From Ostreococcus lucimarinus (lineage: Eukaryota): a stretch of 64,000 nt of DNA. This document shows, in pieces, positions 39,092-48,394 of this stretch (position 1 is its first letter; each line of letters starts with the position of its first letter). The position numbers were made by a program, and so were the translations under genes. The notes beneath the pieces were generated by a model that ran no database searches, was not told the DNA's origin, and saw only the letters and a list, made by a program, of their open reading frames with translations. The stretch is taken from assembly GCA_000092065.1 (NCBI GenBank), contig CP000586.1; one strand, given 5' to 3'.

Positions 39092-41683
39092 ATGCCGACG
39101 CGAATCCTGTGCGTCGCGGAGAAACCGTCGCTGGCGAGCGCGATCGCGAGGACGCTCGCGCGCGGAGGCGATGGAGGCGATCGCGGCGTCGTCGCGCGGC
39201 GAGGGCTGGCGACGGAGGTGCACGAGTTCGCGACGGCGCGAGAGGGGTCGTGGGCGTTCGCGAGCGGGACGCGGGACGGACGCGCGGAGTGGCGGGTGAC
39301 GTCGACGACTGGGCACGTCGCGAGCGTGGAGTTTTCGGCGCGGTATCAGGCGTGGGAGGGGTGCGAACCGGGGGAGCTGTTCGCGGCGGACGTGGTGAAG
39401 CGCGCGGACGGGCGAATGGTGGGGCATCTGGAACGCGAGGCGAGAGGGTGCGATTATCTCGTGTTGTTTCTCGATTGCGACCGGGAGGGGGAGAATATAT
39501 GCTTCGAGGTGATGGAGGCGTGCGCGGGGGGGTTGAAAACGGGAGCGACCGAACCCGGGGCGCCGTCGGCGCGGATTCTGCGCGCCAAGTTTAGCGCGGT
39601 GACGCGAGAGAGCATCGAGCGCGCCATGAGGACGCTCGGCGAACCGAACAGAAACGAGGCGCTCGCCGTGGACGCGAGGCAAGAGTTGGATTTGAAGATG
39701 GGCGTCGCGTTCACGCGATTCCAAACGCAGTATTTTTTGAACAAGTACGATCGCTTGGATGCGCGCGTGGTGTCGTACGGGCCGTGTCAAACCCCCACGC
39801 TCGGTTTCGCCGTGCAGAGACACTTGGAGATTATTCGTCACGTTCCCGAACCGTATTGGGCGCTGGACGCCTCGTTTGACGACGCGGCGACGGGGGACAC
39901 CATCGCGCCGGCGTGGCGACGGACGAGATTGTTTGACGAAGAAACCACGCGCGCGTTTCTCCAGCTCGTGAACGACGCCAACGAGTTCCGAGTCACCTCG
40001 ATTGAGGTCAACGCGGAAAAGCGCGGGCGCCCGAGCGGGCTAAACACGGTCGAGATGCTCAAGGCGGCGTCGGCGGGTTTGGGCATGGGCGCCCACCGTG
40101 CGATGCAAGTCGCCGAGCGTCTGTACATGGCTGGTCATATATCGTACCCACGCACCGAAAGCACGGCGTACCCTCGCGGTTTCGAGTTGAAGCAGACGCT
40201 GACGATTCAAAAGTCCCATCCGACGTGGGGCGCGTTCGTCTCGCGCTTGCTCGACGAAAGTTCGATGACGTCGCCCAAGCGAGGCGTGGACGCGGGTGAT
40301 CACCCACCGATAACGCCGATGCGTGCGAGTACGGAAGACCAAGTGGGAGGCGGTGAGGCGTGGCGGCTGTACGACTTCATATCGCGACATTTCATCGCGA
40401 GCGTATCGCCCGACTGCGAATACGAGACGCAAACCGCGACGTTGGACGCCGGCGGCGAAGAGTTTACGCTGCAGGGTAAGCGCGTTATCGAGCACGGGTG
40501 GACGGAGATCATGCCGCACAGGATGATCGAAGATAGTTCATTGCCCGTCTGCGTCGTCCAAGGCGCGAGAATACCTCTCAAGTCGGTACGATTGCGAAGC
40601 GAATCAACATCTCCGCCAGAGTACTTGACGGAGAGCGAACTCATCGGCTTGATGGAGAAGAACGGCATCGGCACGGATGCGTCAATACCGACGCACATCA
40701 ACAACATCCAAGTGCGCAAGTACGTCGATGTCGCAAAAGGCCGTCGAATAGTGCCGAGCCAGCTCGGGATCACGCTCGTTCAAGGATATCACGCCATTGA
40801 CTCCGAGCTCGTGTTGCCCACGGTGCGTCGGCACGTCGAGCGACAGCTGGATCTCGTCGCCAAAGGTCAGGCCCCGTACGAGGGTGTGGTCGCTCATATT
40901 CTCGCCCAGATGTTCGACAAGTTCAACTACTTCACCACAAACATCGCCGCCATGGATGCGCTCTTCGAAGCGTCATTTTCGCACACGACGACGGAGTCTA
41001 CGCCGTACTCCAAGTGCGGTCGGTGTTCGAGATATCTCAAACTCGTCGGCGCGACCGGGCGCATTCAGCGTCTCTACTGTCCGACCGAGGAGGTGGTTTA
41101 CGAACTCCCGATCGGCGGCGTGTTCAAACAACACAACGGTCGCACGTGCGCGATATGTGGCTTCGAACTGTTGATAGTTTCCCAAAAAGGCACGGGGCGC
41201 GCGTATCCGCTGTGTCCGTTTTGTTTCAACCATCCCCCGTTCGAGGGCGCGCCTCGAATTAAGGCTTTACTCCGAGGCTCACCGCACCCGCGCGAGCACC
41301 CAGTCGCGGACGACGTGAGCGTATCAACGTGTCCCGAGTGCGCGGCGTCGAATAGACCGGGCGTGTTGATGCTCGATCCCGCGGCGACGTCGCCCGGAAA
41401 GCTGTACTGCTCGAGCGCGGCGTGCGACGTCCTCGTTCGACTGCCGCCTAGCGTGAAACGAAGCGCCGTGAGCCACGACGCCGAGTGCGCAGCGTGCGAG
41501 GCGAAGTGTTTAGATCTCGAGATGTTCAACGGGGATAAGGCAACGGTGTGTCTGAGATGTGAGGATGAGTTGAGCGAATCCGTTCGCGTCGTCCGAGTCA
41601 AGCCGCCGAGCTCGGGTCGCGGCGGAAGAGGTCGCGGCGGAAGAGGCGGCCGGGGACGGGACGACGAACGGCGACGCGAGTGA
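39092..41683 (+). CDS. TOP3: DNA topoisomerase III (type IA), with C-terminal zinc-ribbon modules and RGG tail
   Basis: Toprim start MPTRILCVAEKPSLASAIA, type IA core (GHISYPRTEST...), several C4 zinc-finger-like Cys quartets in the C-terminal third, terminal GRGGRGRGGRGGRGR. Confidence 0.85.
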   Translation: MPTRILCVAEKPSLASAIARTLARGGDGGDRGVVARRGLATEVHEFATAREGSWAFASGTRDGRAEWRVTSTTGHVASVEFSARYQAWEGCEPGELFAADVVKRADGRMVGHLEREARGCDYLVLFLDCDREGENICFEVMEACAGGLKTGATEPGAPSARILRAKFSAVTRESIERAMRTLGEPNRNEALAVDARQELDLKMGVAFTRFQTQYFLNKYDRLDARVVSYGPCQTPTLGFAVQRHLEIIRHVPEPYWALDASFDDAATGDTIAPAWRRTRLFDEETTRAFLQLVNDANEFRVTSIEVNAEKRGRPSGLNTVEMLKAASAGLGMGAHRAMQVAERLYMAGHISYPRTESTAYPRGFELKQTLTIQKSHPTWGAFVSRLLDESSMTSPKRGVDAGDHPPITPMRASTEDQVGGGEAWRLYDFISRHFIASVSPDCEYETQTATLDAGGEEFTLQGKRVIEHGWTEIMPHRMIEDSSLPVCVVQGARIPLKSVRLRSESTSPPEYLTESELIGLMEKNGIGTDASIPTHINNIQVRKYVDVAKGRRIVPSQLGITLVQGYHAIDSELVLPTVRRHVERQLDLVAKGQAPYEGVVAHILAQMFDKFNYFTTNIAAMDALFEASFSHTTTESTPYSKCGRCSRYLKLVGATGRIQRLYCPTEEVVYELPIGGVFKQHNGRTCAICGFELLIVSQKGTGRAYPLCPFCFNHPPFEGAPRIKALLRGSPHPREHPVADDVSVSTCPECAASNRPGVLMLDPAATSPGKLYCSSAACDVLVRLPPSVKRSAVSHDAECAACEAKCLDLEMFNGDKATVCLRCEDELSESVRVVRVKPPSSGRGGRGRGGRGGRGRDDERRRE

Positions 41684-41694
41684 CATGTAGGCAG

Positions 41695-41750
41695 TAGCTC
41701 AGTAGCTCTAACGAGAACAGAGGCAATAGCTCAGTAGCTCTAACGAGAAC
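41695..41750 (+). repeat. Two copies of tagctcagtagctctaacgagaac (period 32 nt) immediately after the TOP3 stop, in its 3' UTR; TGTAA follows at about 41757
   Basis: Read directly; copy 1 at about 41695-41718, copy 2 at about 41727-41750. Confidence 0.6.
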
Positions 41751-41865
41751 GATTGAATGTAAAATATTTCAAAGCCCGCGAGCTCATCGTCCGTCGCCGG
41801 TTTATCTTCTAGTATTGTAGCTACGACGTCTGGCGAGGCTCATCTAACGAGCGCCTCCATTCGAT

Positions 41866-42144
41866 TTACGCAGCGAGCGCCTTCTTGATGAGAGCGCTGC
41901 GCTTCGTGCGCGCGAGCGCAACCTTGAATCGTTCAAAGTCCGTGAGATTCGCGCGCGCGTTTTGTCGCGCAATCTTCTTGCCCCACGCGCTCTTCGCCCA
42001 AGAGCCCTCGACGTCGGCGCTCTTCCACGCCGCCGCGAGCGCCGCCTCGTCGCACTTTCGCTCGACGTCAACCTTCATGTCCGTGATCGCCACTCGACGA
42101 AGGCTGATCACGTCGCGCTTGACACCCGGAGCCGCGACGAGCAC
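41866..42144 (-). CDS. RPL14: 60S ribosomal protein eL14 (RPL14), exon 3
   Basis: VLVAAPGVKRDVISLRRVAITDMKVDVERK...WAKSAWGKKIARQNARANLTDFERFKVALARTKRS aligns with the eL14 C-terminal two-thirds ([28 protein letters not shown]...ALNDFDRFK). Confidence 0.8.
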   Translation of the reverse strand: MLVAAPGVKRDVISLRRVAITDMKVDVERKCDEAALAAAWKSADVEGSWAKSAWGKKIARQNARANLTDFERFKVALARTKRSALIKKALAA

Positions 42145-42297
42145 CTACGACCATTCACGAAACCGCACATCATCGTCAGTCATCCATCCCCCGTCCCGTT
42201 CGCGGCGCGCGCTGTTTAGGGTCTGCCCTCGCGTTAGGGTCATCCCCATCGCGCGTCTCCTCGACCCCGTTCGCGTACGCGCGGCGCTCGCACGCAC
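42145..42297 (-). other. RPL14 intron 2 (153 nt, GTGCGT...TAG), introner-like
   Basis: Donor GTGCGTGCGAGC after ...DMNR, branch GACTGACG about 30 nt from acceptor CGTAG; joins exons in phase 0. Confidence 0.65.
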
Positions 42298-42396
42298 CCT
42301 GTTCATGTCCACGATATCGACGATCACCAAAAGCTTCCCATATCGGGCGTCCGCCTTGAGGTTGCACAGCGCGACGCGGCCGATCTCGACGTTTCT
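42298..42396 (-). CDS. RPL14: RPL14 exon 2 (RNVEIGRVALCNLKADARYGKLLVIVDIVDMNR)
   Basis: Matches eL14 N-terminal KOW-like block (FVEIGRVALVNYG..GKLVVIVDVIDQNRALV). Confidence 0.7.
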
Positions 42397-42525
42397 CTGT
42401 TCGCGTCGCGATGCGCGTGCGGGGCGCGATCGTTCGTCAGTCTTCCCTTCGTCGCGATGCGCGTTCGATCGCGTCGGTGGCGCGCGCGGTTCGACGGCGG
42501 TGATTTCGATTCGCGTCGCGCGTAC
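42397..42525 (-). other. RPL14 intron 1 (129 nt, GTACGC...ACAG)
   Basis: Donor GTACGCGCG immediately after codon 4, branch-like GACTGACG about 40 nt upstream of the ACAG acceptor. Confidence 0.5.
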
Positions 42526-42537
42526 GTTGAAGGGCAT
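42526..42537 (-). CDS. RPL14: RPL14 exon 1, a 12-nt mini-exon (ATGCCCTTCAAC, MPFN)
   Basis: ATG followed after four codons by GTACGC donor; joining to exon 2 gives MPFNRNVEIGRVAL, compared with plant MGFKRFVEIGRVAL. Confidence 0.5.
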
Positions 42538-42706
42538 GTCGTCGTTCGCGCGTCGGTGAGAGACGGCGACGCGCCGTCGTCGGCGCGATGCGGCCCCGCG
42601 CGACGGCGGTTTATTTACATGTAGGGTTTTCATTGATGGAGCGTTTTGTAGTTTTGTATGTGCGTCGTAACGACATCGCGTACACCGCGGCACACGCGCG
42701 CGCGCG

Positions 42707-44749
42707 ATGCCCGCCGACGCGCGGCGCGCGCGGCGACGCGCGCTCGACGCGCTCTTCTTCGTCGCCTGCGCGTCCTGCGTCGCCGGTCGCGCCGCGGCGC
42801 GCGCGAGCGCGGAAGATGTGCGCGCGATGGCGCGGCCCGCGGACGCGCGCGACGCGGTCTCGAGCGCGGTGCTCGCGGTGCTGCGCGCGCCGTGCGACGC
42901 GTACGCGAAATCGTTCGACGATGAAACCGCGGCGTCGCTGCGCGCGGGAGCGCGACGAGCGCTCGAGGCGCAGTGCGCGCGCGCAGGCGGGGACGAGACG
43001 CGGAGCGACGCGTGCGGGACGCTCGCGACGGTGGCGGACGGCGCGCGCGCGATGACGCGAGGAGAGGCGATGGGACACTTTAAGCAAGCGATGCACGAGA
43101 GCTGTCAATCGGGGGCGGCGGCGATGTCGGATCCGGAGAAGCGGGACGCGAGTGAGGCGACGCGGTACGTGCGCGAGGCGGTGACGCGCGCGGCGGAGGA
43201 GGAAGCGGTGGCGGGACGCACGGCGAGCGCGGGGAGATGGGAGGACGACGGGGGCGAGGGAACGTCGCCGGCGACGTCGGTGACGGAGGAAGGCGGCGAC
43301 GGGCGCACGGGTGATCGTGGAATGTGGGGATGGGATCGAGACGCGCCGACTCAAACGTCGGCGGAGGACGCGTTCGGGGCGGCGTCGAGCGTGGATTCGA
43401 TCAAGCATCGCGAGCGACAGGCGTTGGGTGACATGTACAGGCGTACGAACGGTGCGAAATGGCGCAGACGGGACGGTTGGATGTCCAGCAAGTCTTACTG
43501 CGAGTGGTACGGGGTGACGTGTCTCGAAAAGGATTTCGGCGTCGCCTTTGTGGATTTGCGAGACAACGGCATGGAGGGCGACATGCCGCAAGCGATCGAT
43601 GAATTGAAGCTTTTACAAGGACTGGACCTGTCGTATAATCGGCTCGAAGGACGTTTGAGCGCGATGCTCGGTGAGCTGAAGACGCTGCGGTACCTCTTGG
43701 TACGATCGAACGCGCTGTATTCCGACATTCCCGCCGGCTTGTTTAGGAAAGGCTCGCCGTTGACGCAGCTGGACCTGAGCGACAATTCTTTGTCTGGGGC
43801 GATTCCTGGACGCGAGTTTGTGTACTTGACAAGCTTGCGTATGTTCAATGTGTCAAACAACGCGCTCACGGGTACGATTCCGAACATCGCCTCGCTCCCA
43901 GCGTTGGAGATATTTTCGGCATCCACCAACGCGCTGCGTGGCGCTGTGCCTCACTTTGACGACGCCGCCAAGATTCGTTTCTTCGACGTGAGCAAGAATG
44001 CATTACATGGTTCGATTCCATCGCTTTCATCCGTACCGTCCTGGGTGTTGTTTGACGTCTCCCACAACTCCCTCACCGGCGAGCTCCCGCGGACAGCGCT
44101 TCCGCGAACGCTTCGCGTGTTCTCGTGCGCCAACAACAACCTGAATGGCACCGTGCCGCAAACGTTCGCTCAGCTGCCCAAGGTGGAGCACTTGGACTTT
44201 TCGGCGAATCAATTCACCGGCGCGTTACCCGCGAGCGTGTTGCAAAAAAAGACGCTGCGATACTTCAACGTCTCGCGGAACGCGTTCGAAGGCGAACTTC
44301 CGCGCTCGGTGTACCAAGGCGAACTCGAGCGTCAATCCATGAGACTGGAGGAATTTGACGTCAGTCACAACAAACTCACGGGTGCGCTGCCGCAGTCAAT
44401 CGTCGAGTTGGACCGCCTTCGTGTCATCGACGTCGCGCACAACGCGCTGAGCGGCGATTTACCTTCGCGTTGGGCCGTCGACCGCCTCGAGCGTCTCGAC
44501 GTCAAAGCCAACGCGTTCACGGGCGCCATCCCCACCATCCTCGCCAGAGCCACGCGCCTGCGCCACCTCGATTTGAGTCAAAACGCCCTCAGATCTCGCG
44601 CCAACTTAGCCGTGCTCACGATCCCCACCCTCGAGCACTTGGACGTCTCCGGAAACTCGCTCGATTGGAACGAAGCCGCCGCCGCGCCGGCGCCGAAAAT
44701 CGACCGAGCGCGCGCCATCGAACCCCCTTCGCTTCACGACGACCTCTGA
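42707..44749 (+). CDS. Secreted plant-type leucine-rich-repeat protein (about 20 LRRs, signal peptide, no TM or kinase)
   Basis: N-terminal hydrophobic signal (LDALFFVACASCVAG), then an LRR N-cap-like segment (W..SSKSYCEWYGVTC) and tandem LxxLxLSxNxLxGxIP repeats to the C-terminus. Confidence 0.7.
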   Translation: MPADARRARRRALDALFFVACASCVAGRAAARASAEDVRAMARPADARDAVSSAVLAVLRAPCDAYAKSFDDETAASLRAGARRALEAQCARAGGDETRSDACGTLATVADGARAMTRGEAMGHFKQAMHESCQSGAAAMSDPEKRDASEATRYVREAVTRAAEEEAVAGRTASAGRWEDDGGEGTSPATSVTEEGGDGRTGDRGMWGWDRDAPTQTSAEDAFGAASSVDSIKHRERQALGDMYRRTNGAKWRRRDGWMSSKSYCEWYGVTCLEKDFGVAFVDLRDNGMEGDMPQAIDELKLLQGLDLSYNRLEGRLSAMLGELKTLRYLLVRSNALYSDIPAGLFRKGSPLTQLDLSDNSLSGAIPGREFVYLTSLRMFNVSNNALTGTIPNIASLPALEIFSASTNALRGAVPHFDDAAKIRFFDVSKNALHGSIPSLSSVPSWVLFDVSHNSLTGELPRTALPRTLRVFSCANNNLNGTVPQTFAQLPKVEHLDFSANQFTGALPASVLQKKTLRYFNVSRNAFEGELPRSVYQGELERQSMRLEEFDVSHNKLTGALPQSIVELDRLRVIDVAHNALSGDLPSRWAVDRLERLDVKANAFTGAIPTILARATRLRHLDLSQNALRSRANLAVLTIPTLEHLDVSGNSLDWNEAAAAPAPKIDRARAIEPPSLHDDL

Positions 44750-45021
44750 CGCTCGAACCGCCTAGACATCGATTTGTACCACTCGCCGCTATCATCGTAT
44801 TTCAACCTAATCTGTCCACCGCGCCAAGTCTCGCGCGAACGATCCATCGAACGCCGCGCGTCTTCGCGTTCGCGAAGCCCCGCGCCCGCCGCGGCTGGGA
44901 TTCGCTTTCAGATCGCGCACATTCCTCATTGCCTCGCGCGCGCGCGACCGAACCACGGCTCAGGCGCGCACGACGCGAACGATCACATCGCGTCGCACGT
45001 CACGCGCCGTCGCTCGGGGTC

Positions 45022-48000
45022 ATGGTGCGCGAGATCGTTCCGCAGTACACGAAAGTCTCGGCGAAGAAGCTGCGCGCAGCCATCGATGCGGGGGAAGATC
45101 TGTCCGACGACGACGCCGTGAGCGACGATCGCGACGCGAGCGACGAAGAGGGCGGTCGCGTGGGCGCGTTGGACGATCCCACGGCGAACGAGGACGACGA
45201 TCACGGCGATGAGGACGAACAGGACGAGGTTGAGGACGACGAGGATGAAGATTTCGACGAGGAAGACGAAGAAGACGAAGACGAAGGCGCGAAAGTCTCA
45301 AAGAAGAAAGGGAAACGGAAGAATCCGTTCGTGGATGACGTTGCGGAGGAAGACGATGACGACGATGAGGGCTCTGGGCGGAAGAAAACGTCGAAGAAGA
45401 AGAGGGGTGGGGCGAGATTCATCGACGACGTCGCCGACGTCGCCGACGCGGACGAAGACGAGGACGAGGACGAGGGTGAGGAGGATGAACCGTTGGATGA
45501 GGAGGAGCGCGATGCGTTGAGGAGAGACATGGACACGCGTCTGCACGCGCGGATGGAGAATCAAGGACAGTTTGAACGCATGGAGAACGAGGAGGAGTTG
45601 GAGCGCATGATCAAGGAGCGGTACGCGGCGCCGAGGTACGAAGCGGGGACGGGGCAGTTGGACGCCAACGTCGATCAGCAGGCGCTGCATCCGACGGTGC
45701 GTGATCCCAAGCTTTGGCTTGTCACGGTGAAGCTCGGGAAAGAGCGCGAGACCGTCGTGTGCTTGATGCAAAAGACGATCAACCTGGCCAAGCAAGGGAA
45801 ACCCCCCATGCAAATCTTGTCGTGCATCGCGCAGGATCACCTCAAGGGATACATCTACGTCGAAGCCGAGCGTGAAGATCATGTGCGAAAAGCGTTACAA
45901 GGAATGAGACACGTGTACCACGGTAAACCTGTTCGATTGGTGCCGATTAACGAAATGGTCGACTCGATCAGCGTCACAACAAAGGAAGTCTCCGTGGTCA
46001 AGGTGGATTCGTGGGTTCGCATGCGCACCGGCGTGTACAAGGGAGACTTGGCGCAGGTCGTCGACGTGAACTACGCCGATAACCAGTGTACGGTCAAATT
46101 GGTCCCGCGCATAGACTACCAGCACCTCGCCGATAAGGAATCAGGCAAGGCGAAGGGCAAGACAAAATCTCAAGTCCGCCCACCAGCGCGTCTTTTCGCG
46201 GAAGCCGAAGCCAAGCGATTGAATTTGTCTTTCGAAAGAGGCCGATACGATCGCAGCTTGGGTGCGAGCGTGGACGTATTGTGCAGCACGACGAAGCTCT
46301 TGGATGGGTATCACATGAAGACGTGCTCTTTAGCCACAGTCAAGCTCGCCGATGCGCCGACGTTGGATGAACTTCAAAAGTTCGCCATCGGTGACGACGA
46401 GGACGGTGAGAAGGGCGGTAACTCCAGCGGCGCGTTGGCCGCGCTGTCCAAAGCCGTCGGTACTCGCAAGACTGATTTGAAGTTCATGCCGGGCGACCAA
46501 GTAATCATCGTCGAGGGCGATTTGAGAAACCTTGAGGGCGTCGTCGAGCGAATCGACCCCGACGGACGCGTCGTCGTCAATCCGTCGCATAAAGAGCTGA
46601 ACGAGTTACTGACGTTCAAGTCCGAACAACTGCGAAAGCACTTCAAGACTGGTTCCACTGTGCGCGTGTTGCACGGAAAGCACGAGGGCGTGGTCGGTAT
46701 GGTGGTGAAGGTGGAACGCGACGTAGCGCACATCTTCTCGACGGTGAGTAACGAAGAGTTCCAAGTCTTCATGCACGATCTTGCCGATAGCGAAGAAACC
46801 ACGCAGCGTATCGACACGATTGGTGAGTACGCTTTGCATGATTTGGCGATGCTCGAAGGCTCTGAAGTCGGTTGCATCATTCGTGTCGAGAAGGATGTCG
46901 CCTTCGTCATGACCAATGCCGGCACCCCAGACCGACCCGAGATCAGGCCCGTAAAGCTTCATGAGTTGAAAAAGAAGCTGCTGAGTAGGAACATTTCCGC
47001 ACAAGACGCTCACATGGACACCATCGATCAAGGGTCGATGGTTCGCATCATAGACGGCAAGTACAAGGACACCACGGGTACGGTAGAGCACATCTTCAAG
47101 GGTACGCTCTGGATTCGAGCTCGGCACGTACAAGAACACGGCGGTATCGTTTGCATTCGCGCTCGAAATTGCGTGGCACACGGCGGTAACAAGGGTTCCC
47201 AAATTGGTGGTGGTCTGGCTGCCCAAATGATGGGCGCGCATGGCATGCCGCCGAAGTCTCCAGGTCATGCTCTCTTGCAGAGTTCGTACACTTCTGGTTT
47301 GCGTGGTGATTTGATGTCTCAAAGTCTTCAAGCTCCGAGAGCTGCACCACCACGTGCTTTTGGTGGACCTGGTCGCCGCGGCCAGGATCCGCTCATCGGT
47401 CAAACGAAGAAGGTTCGCGCTGGTGTGTACAAGGGATACATCGGACGCATCGTCGACGTCACCGACACGTCCGTCCGTCTCGAGCTTCAAGCGCAGGCAC
47501 GCACTGTTACGGTCAATCGCGAGCACTTAGACGTCCCACAAGTTGCCCCGAGTCGTGACTCTTTCTTGGCTCCTCGCGCGACGAGCATGTACGATGCTCC
47601 TGGCTCGAGAACTCCGGCGCACTACCCGATGACACCGGCTCACGGCGGCGGTATGACGCCAATGCACGGCGGTATGACGCCCGCGCGCGAGGCCGCTTGG
47701 AACCCCACCGCGACACCGGCGCACATCCAGGACAACTGGGAGCCGACGTCTACTGCAGGCACCGGGTGGGGTGCTGGAAATGTCGGTTACACGCCAGGCG
47801 GGTACGGCGACTCCAGCGCCCTGGCGGGTCCGACACCGAACGCATACGGCGTCGGCGCCACGCCAGGTGCCGCCTACGGTCAAACGCCCGGTGGATACGG
47901 TCAAACGCCTGGTGGGTACGAAGCAGATGAATACGTCGCCCCACCGGCGGCAGCGTCGTGGCCGGAAGATTACAAGGGTCGTTTCCTACCGGGTGTCGTC

Positions 48001-48345
48001 GTGCGTTTGACGAGTGGCGCGCAAGGTTACATCACCTCTGTCGCGCCGGCGGGTTCTAGTTTCAAGGTGAAAATCGGTACCTCGCGCCCGCGTGACGGTG
48101 TGGAGGTCTTAGAGACCGTGCCGAAGTCAGCACCCGAAGAGACCGTCACAGAACAAGAGCTCGAGATCGTGCGACCGGGAAAGAAGACGTCAGTCATCAT
48201 CGTCACCGATTCTGGAGACGCGTCCCGCGGCGACACCGGCGAGCTCATCACCATCGATGGTGTCGACGGTGTCGTGCGTTTAAGTAGCACGAATGACGTC
48301 GTACTCTTAGACATGTCGTGCCTGGCTCGTCGCTGGGTCGAATAA
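45022..48345 (+). CDS. SPT5: Transcription elongation factor SPT5 (acidic N-terminus, NGN domain, multiple KOW motifs, C-terminal repeat region)
   Basis: NGN (LWLVTVKLGKERETVVCLMQK...GYIYVEAE), five or more KOW-like segments (G..VRV..G.YKGD.G.V), CTR with TPxxGG-type repeats (GGMTPMHGGMTP, GQTPGGYGQTPGGY). First ATG 45022; the track ORF start 44470 runs through the upstream gene end. Confidence 0.85.
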   Translation: MVREIVPQYTKVSAKKLRAAIDAGEDLSDDDAVSDDRDASDEEGGRVGALDDPTANEDDDHGDEDEQDEVEDDEDEDFDEEDEEDEDEGAKVSKKKGKRKNPFVDDVAEEDDDDDEGSGRKKTSKKKRGGARFIDDVADVADADEDEDEDEGEEDEPLDEEERDALRRDMDTRLHARMENQGQFERMENEEELERMIKERYAAPRYEAGTGQLDANVDQQALHPTVRDPKLWLVTVKLGKERETVVCLMQKTINLAKQGKPPMQILSCIAQDHLKGYIYVEAEREDHVRKALQGMRHVYHGKPVRLVPINEMVDSISVTTKEVSVVKVDSWVRMRTGVYKGDLAQVVDVNYADNQCTVKLVPRIDYQHLADKESGKAKGKTKSQVRPPARLFAEAEAKRLNLSFERGRYDRSLGASVDVLCSTTKLLDGYHMKTCSLATVKLADAPTLDELQKFAIGDDEDGEKGGNSSGALAALSKAVGTRKTDLKFMPGDQVIIVEGDLRNLEGVVERIDPDGRVVVNPSHKELNELLTFKSEQLRKHFKTGSTVRVLHGKHEGVVGMVVKVERDVAHIFSTVSNEEFQVFMHDLADSEETTQRIDTIGEYALHDLAMLEGSEVGCIIRVEKDVAFVMTNAGTPDRPEIRPVKLHELKKKLLSRNISAQDAHMDTIDQGSMVRIIDGKYKDTTGTVEHIFKGTLWIRARHVQEHGGIVCIRARNCVAHGGNKGSQIGGGLAAQMMGAHGMPPKSPGHALLQSSYTSGLRGDLMSQSLQAPRAAPPRAFGGPGRRGQDPLIGQTKKVRAGVYKGYIGRIVDVTDTSVRLELQAQARTVTVNREHLDVPQVAPSRDSFLAPRATSMYDAPGSRTPAHYPMTPAHGGGMTPMHGGMTPAREAAWNPTATPAHIQDNWEPTSTAGTGWGAGNVGYTPGGYGDSSALAGPTPNAYGVGATPGAAYGQTPGGYGQTPGGYEADEYVAPPAAASWPEDYKGRFLPGVVVRLTSGAQGYITSVAPAGSSFKVKIGTSRPRDGVEVLETVPKSAPEETVTEQELEIVRPGKKTSVIIVTDSGDASRGDTGELITIDGVDGVVRLSSTNDVVLLDMSCLARRWVE

Positions 48346-48394
48346 TAGTGCTGTTGAAATACGTTTACTACACAAGTCCGATTGAGCCTAAATT

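Noticed and set aside
38786-39841. N-terminal 350-codon extension of the 887-aa ORF containing the ammonium transporter
   Set aside because: The extension is pure Arg/Pro/Ala low complexity with no in-frame conserved residues. The AMT homology begins exactly at MAGMQVTLD (ATG 38785), and the extension would run into the divergent TOP3 gene.
41690-41765. Possible tRNA gene suggested by TAGCTCAGT motifs
   Set aside because: No acceptor stem, anticodon arm or T-loop (GTTCRANYC) can be formed around either copy; it is a duplicated short element in a 3' UTR.
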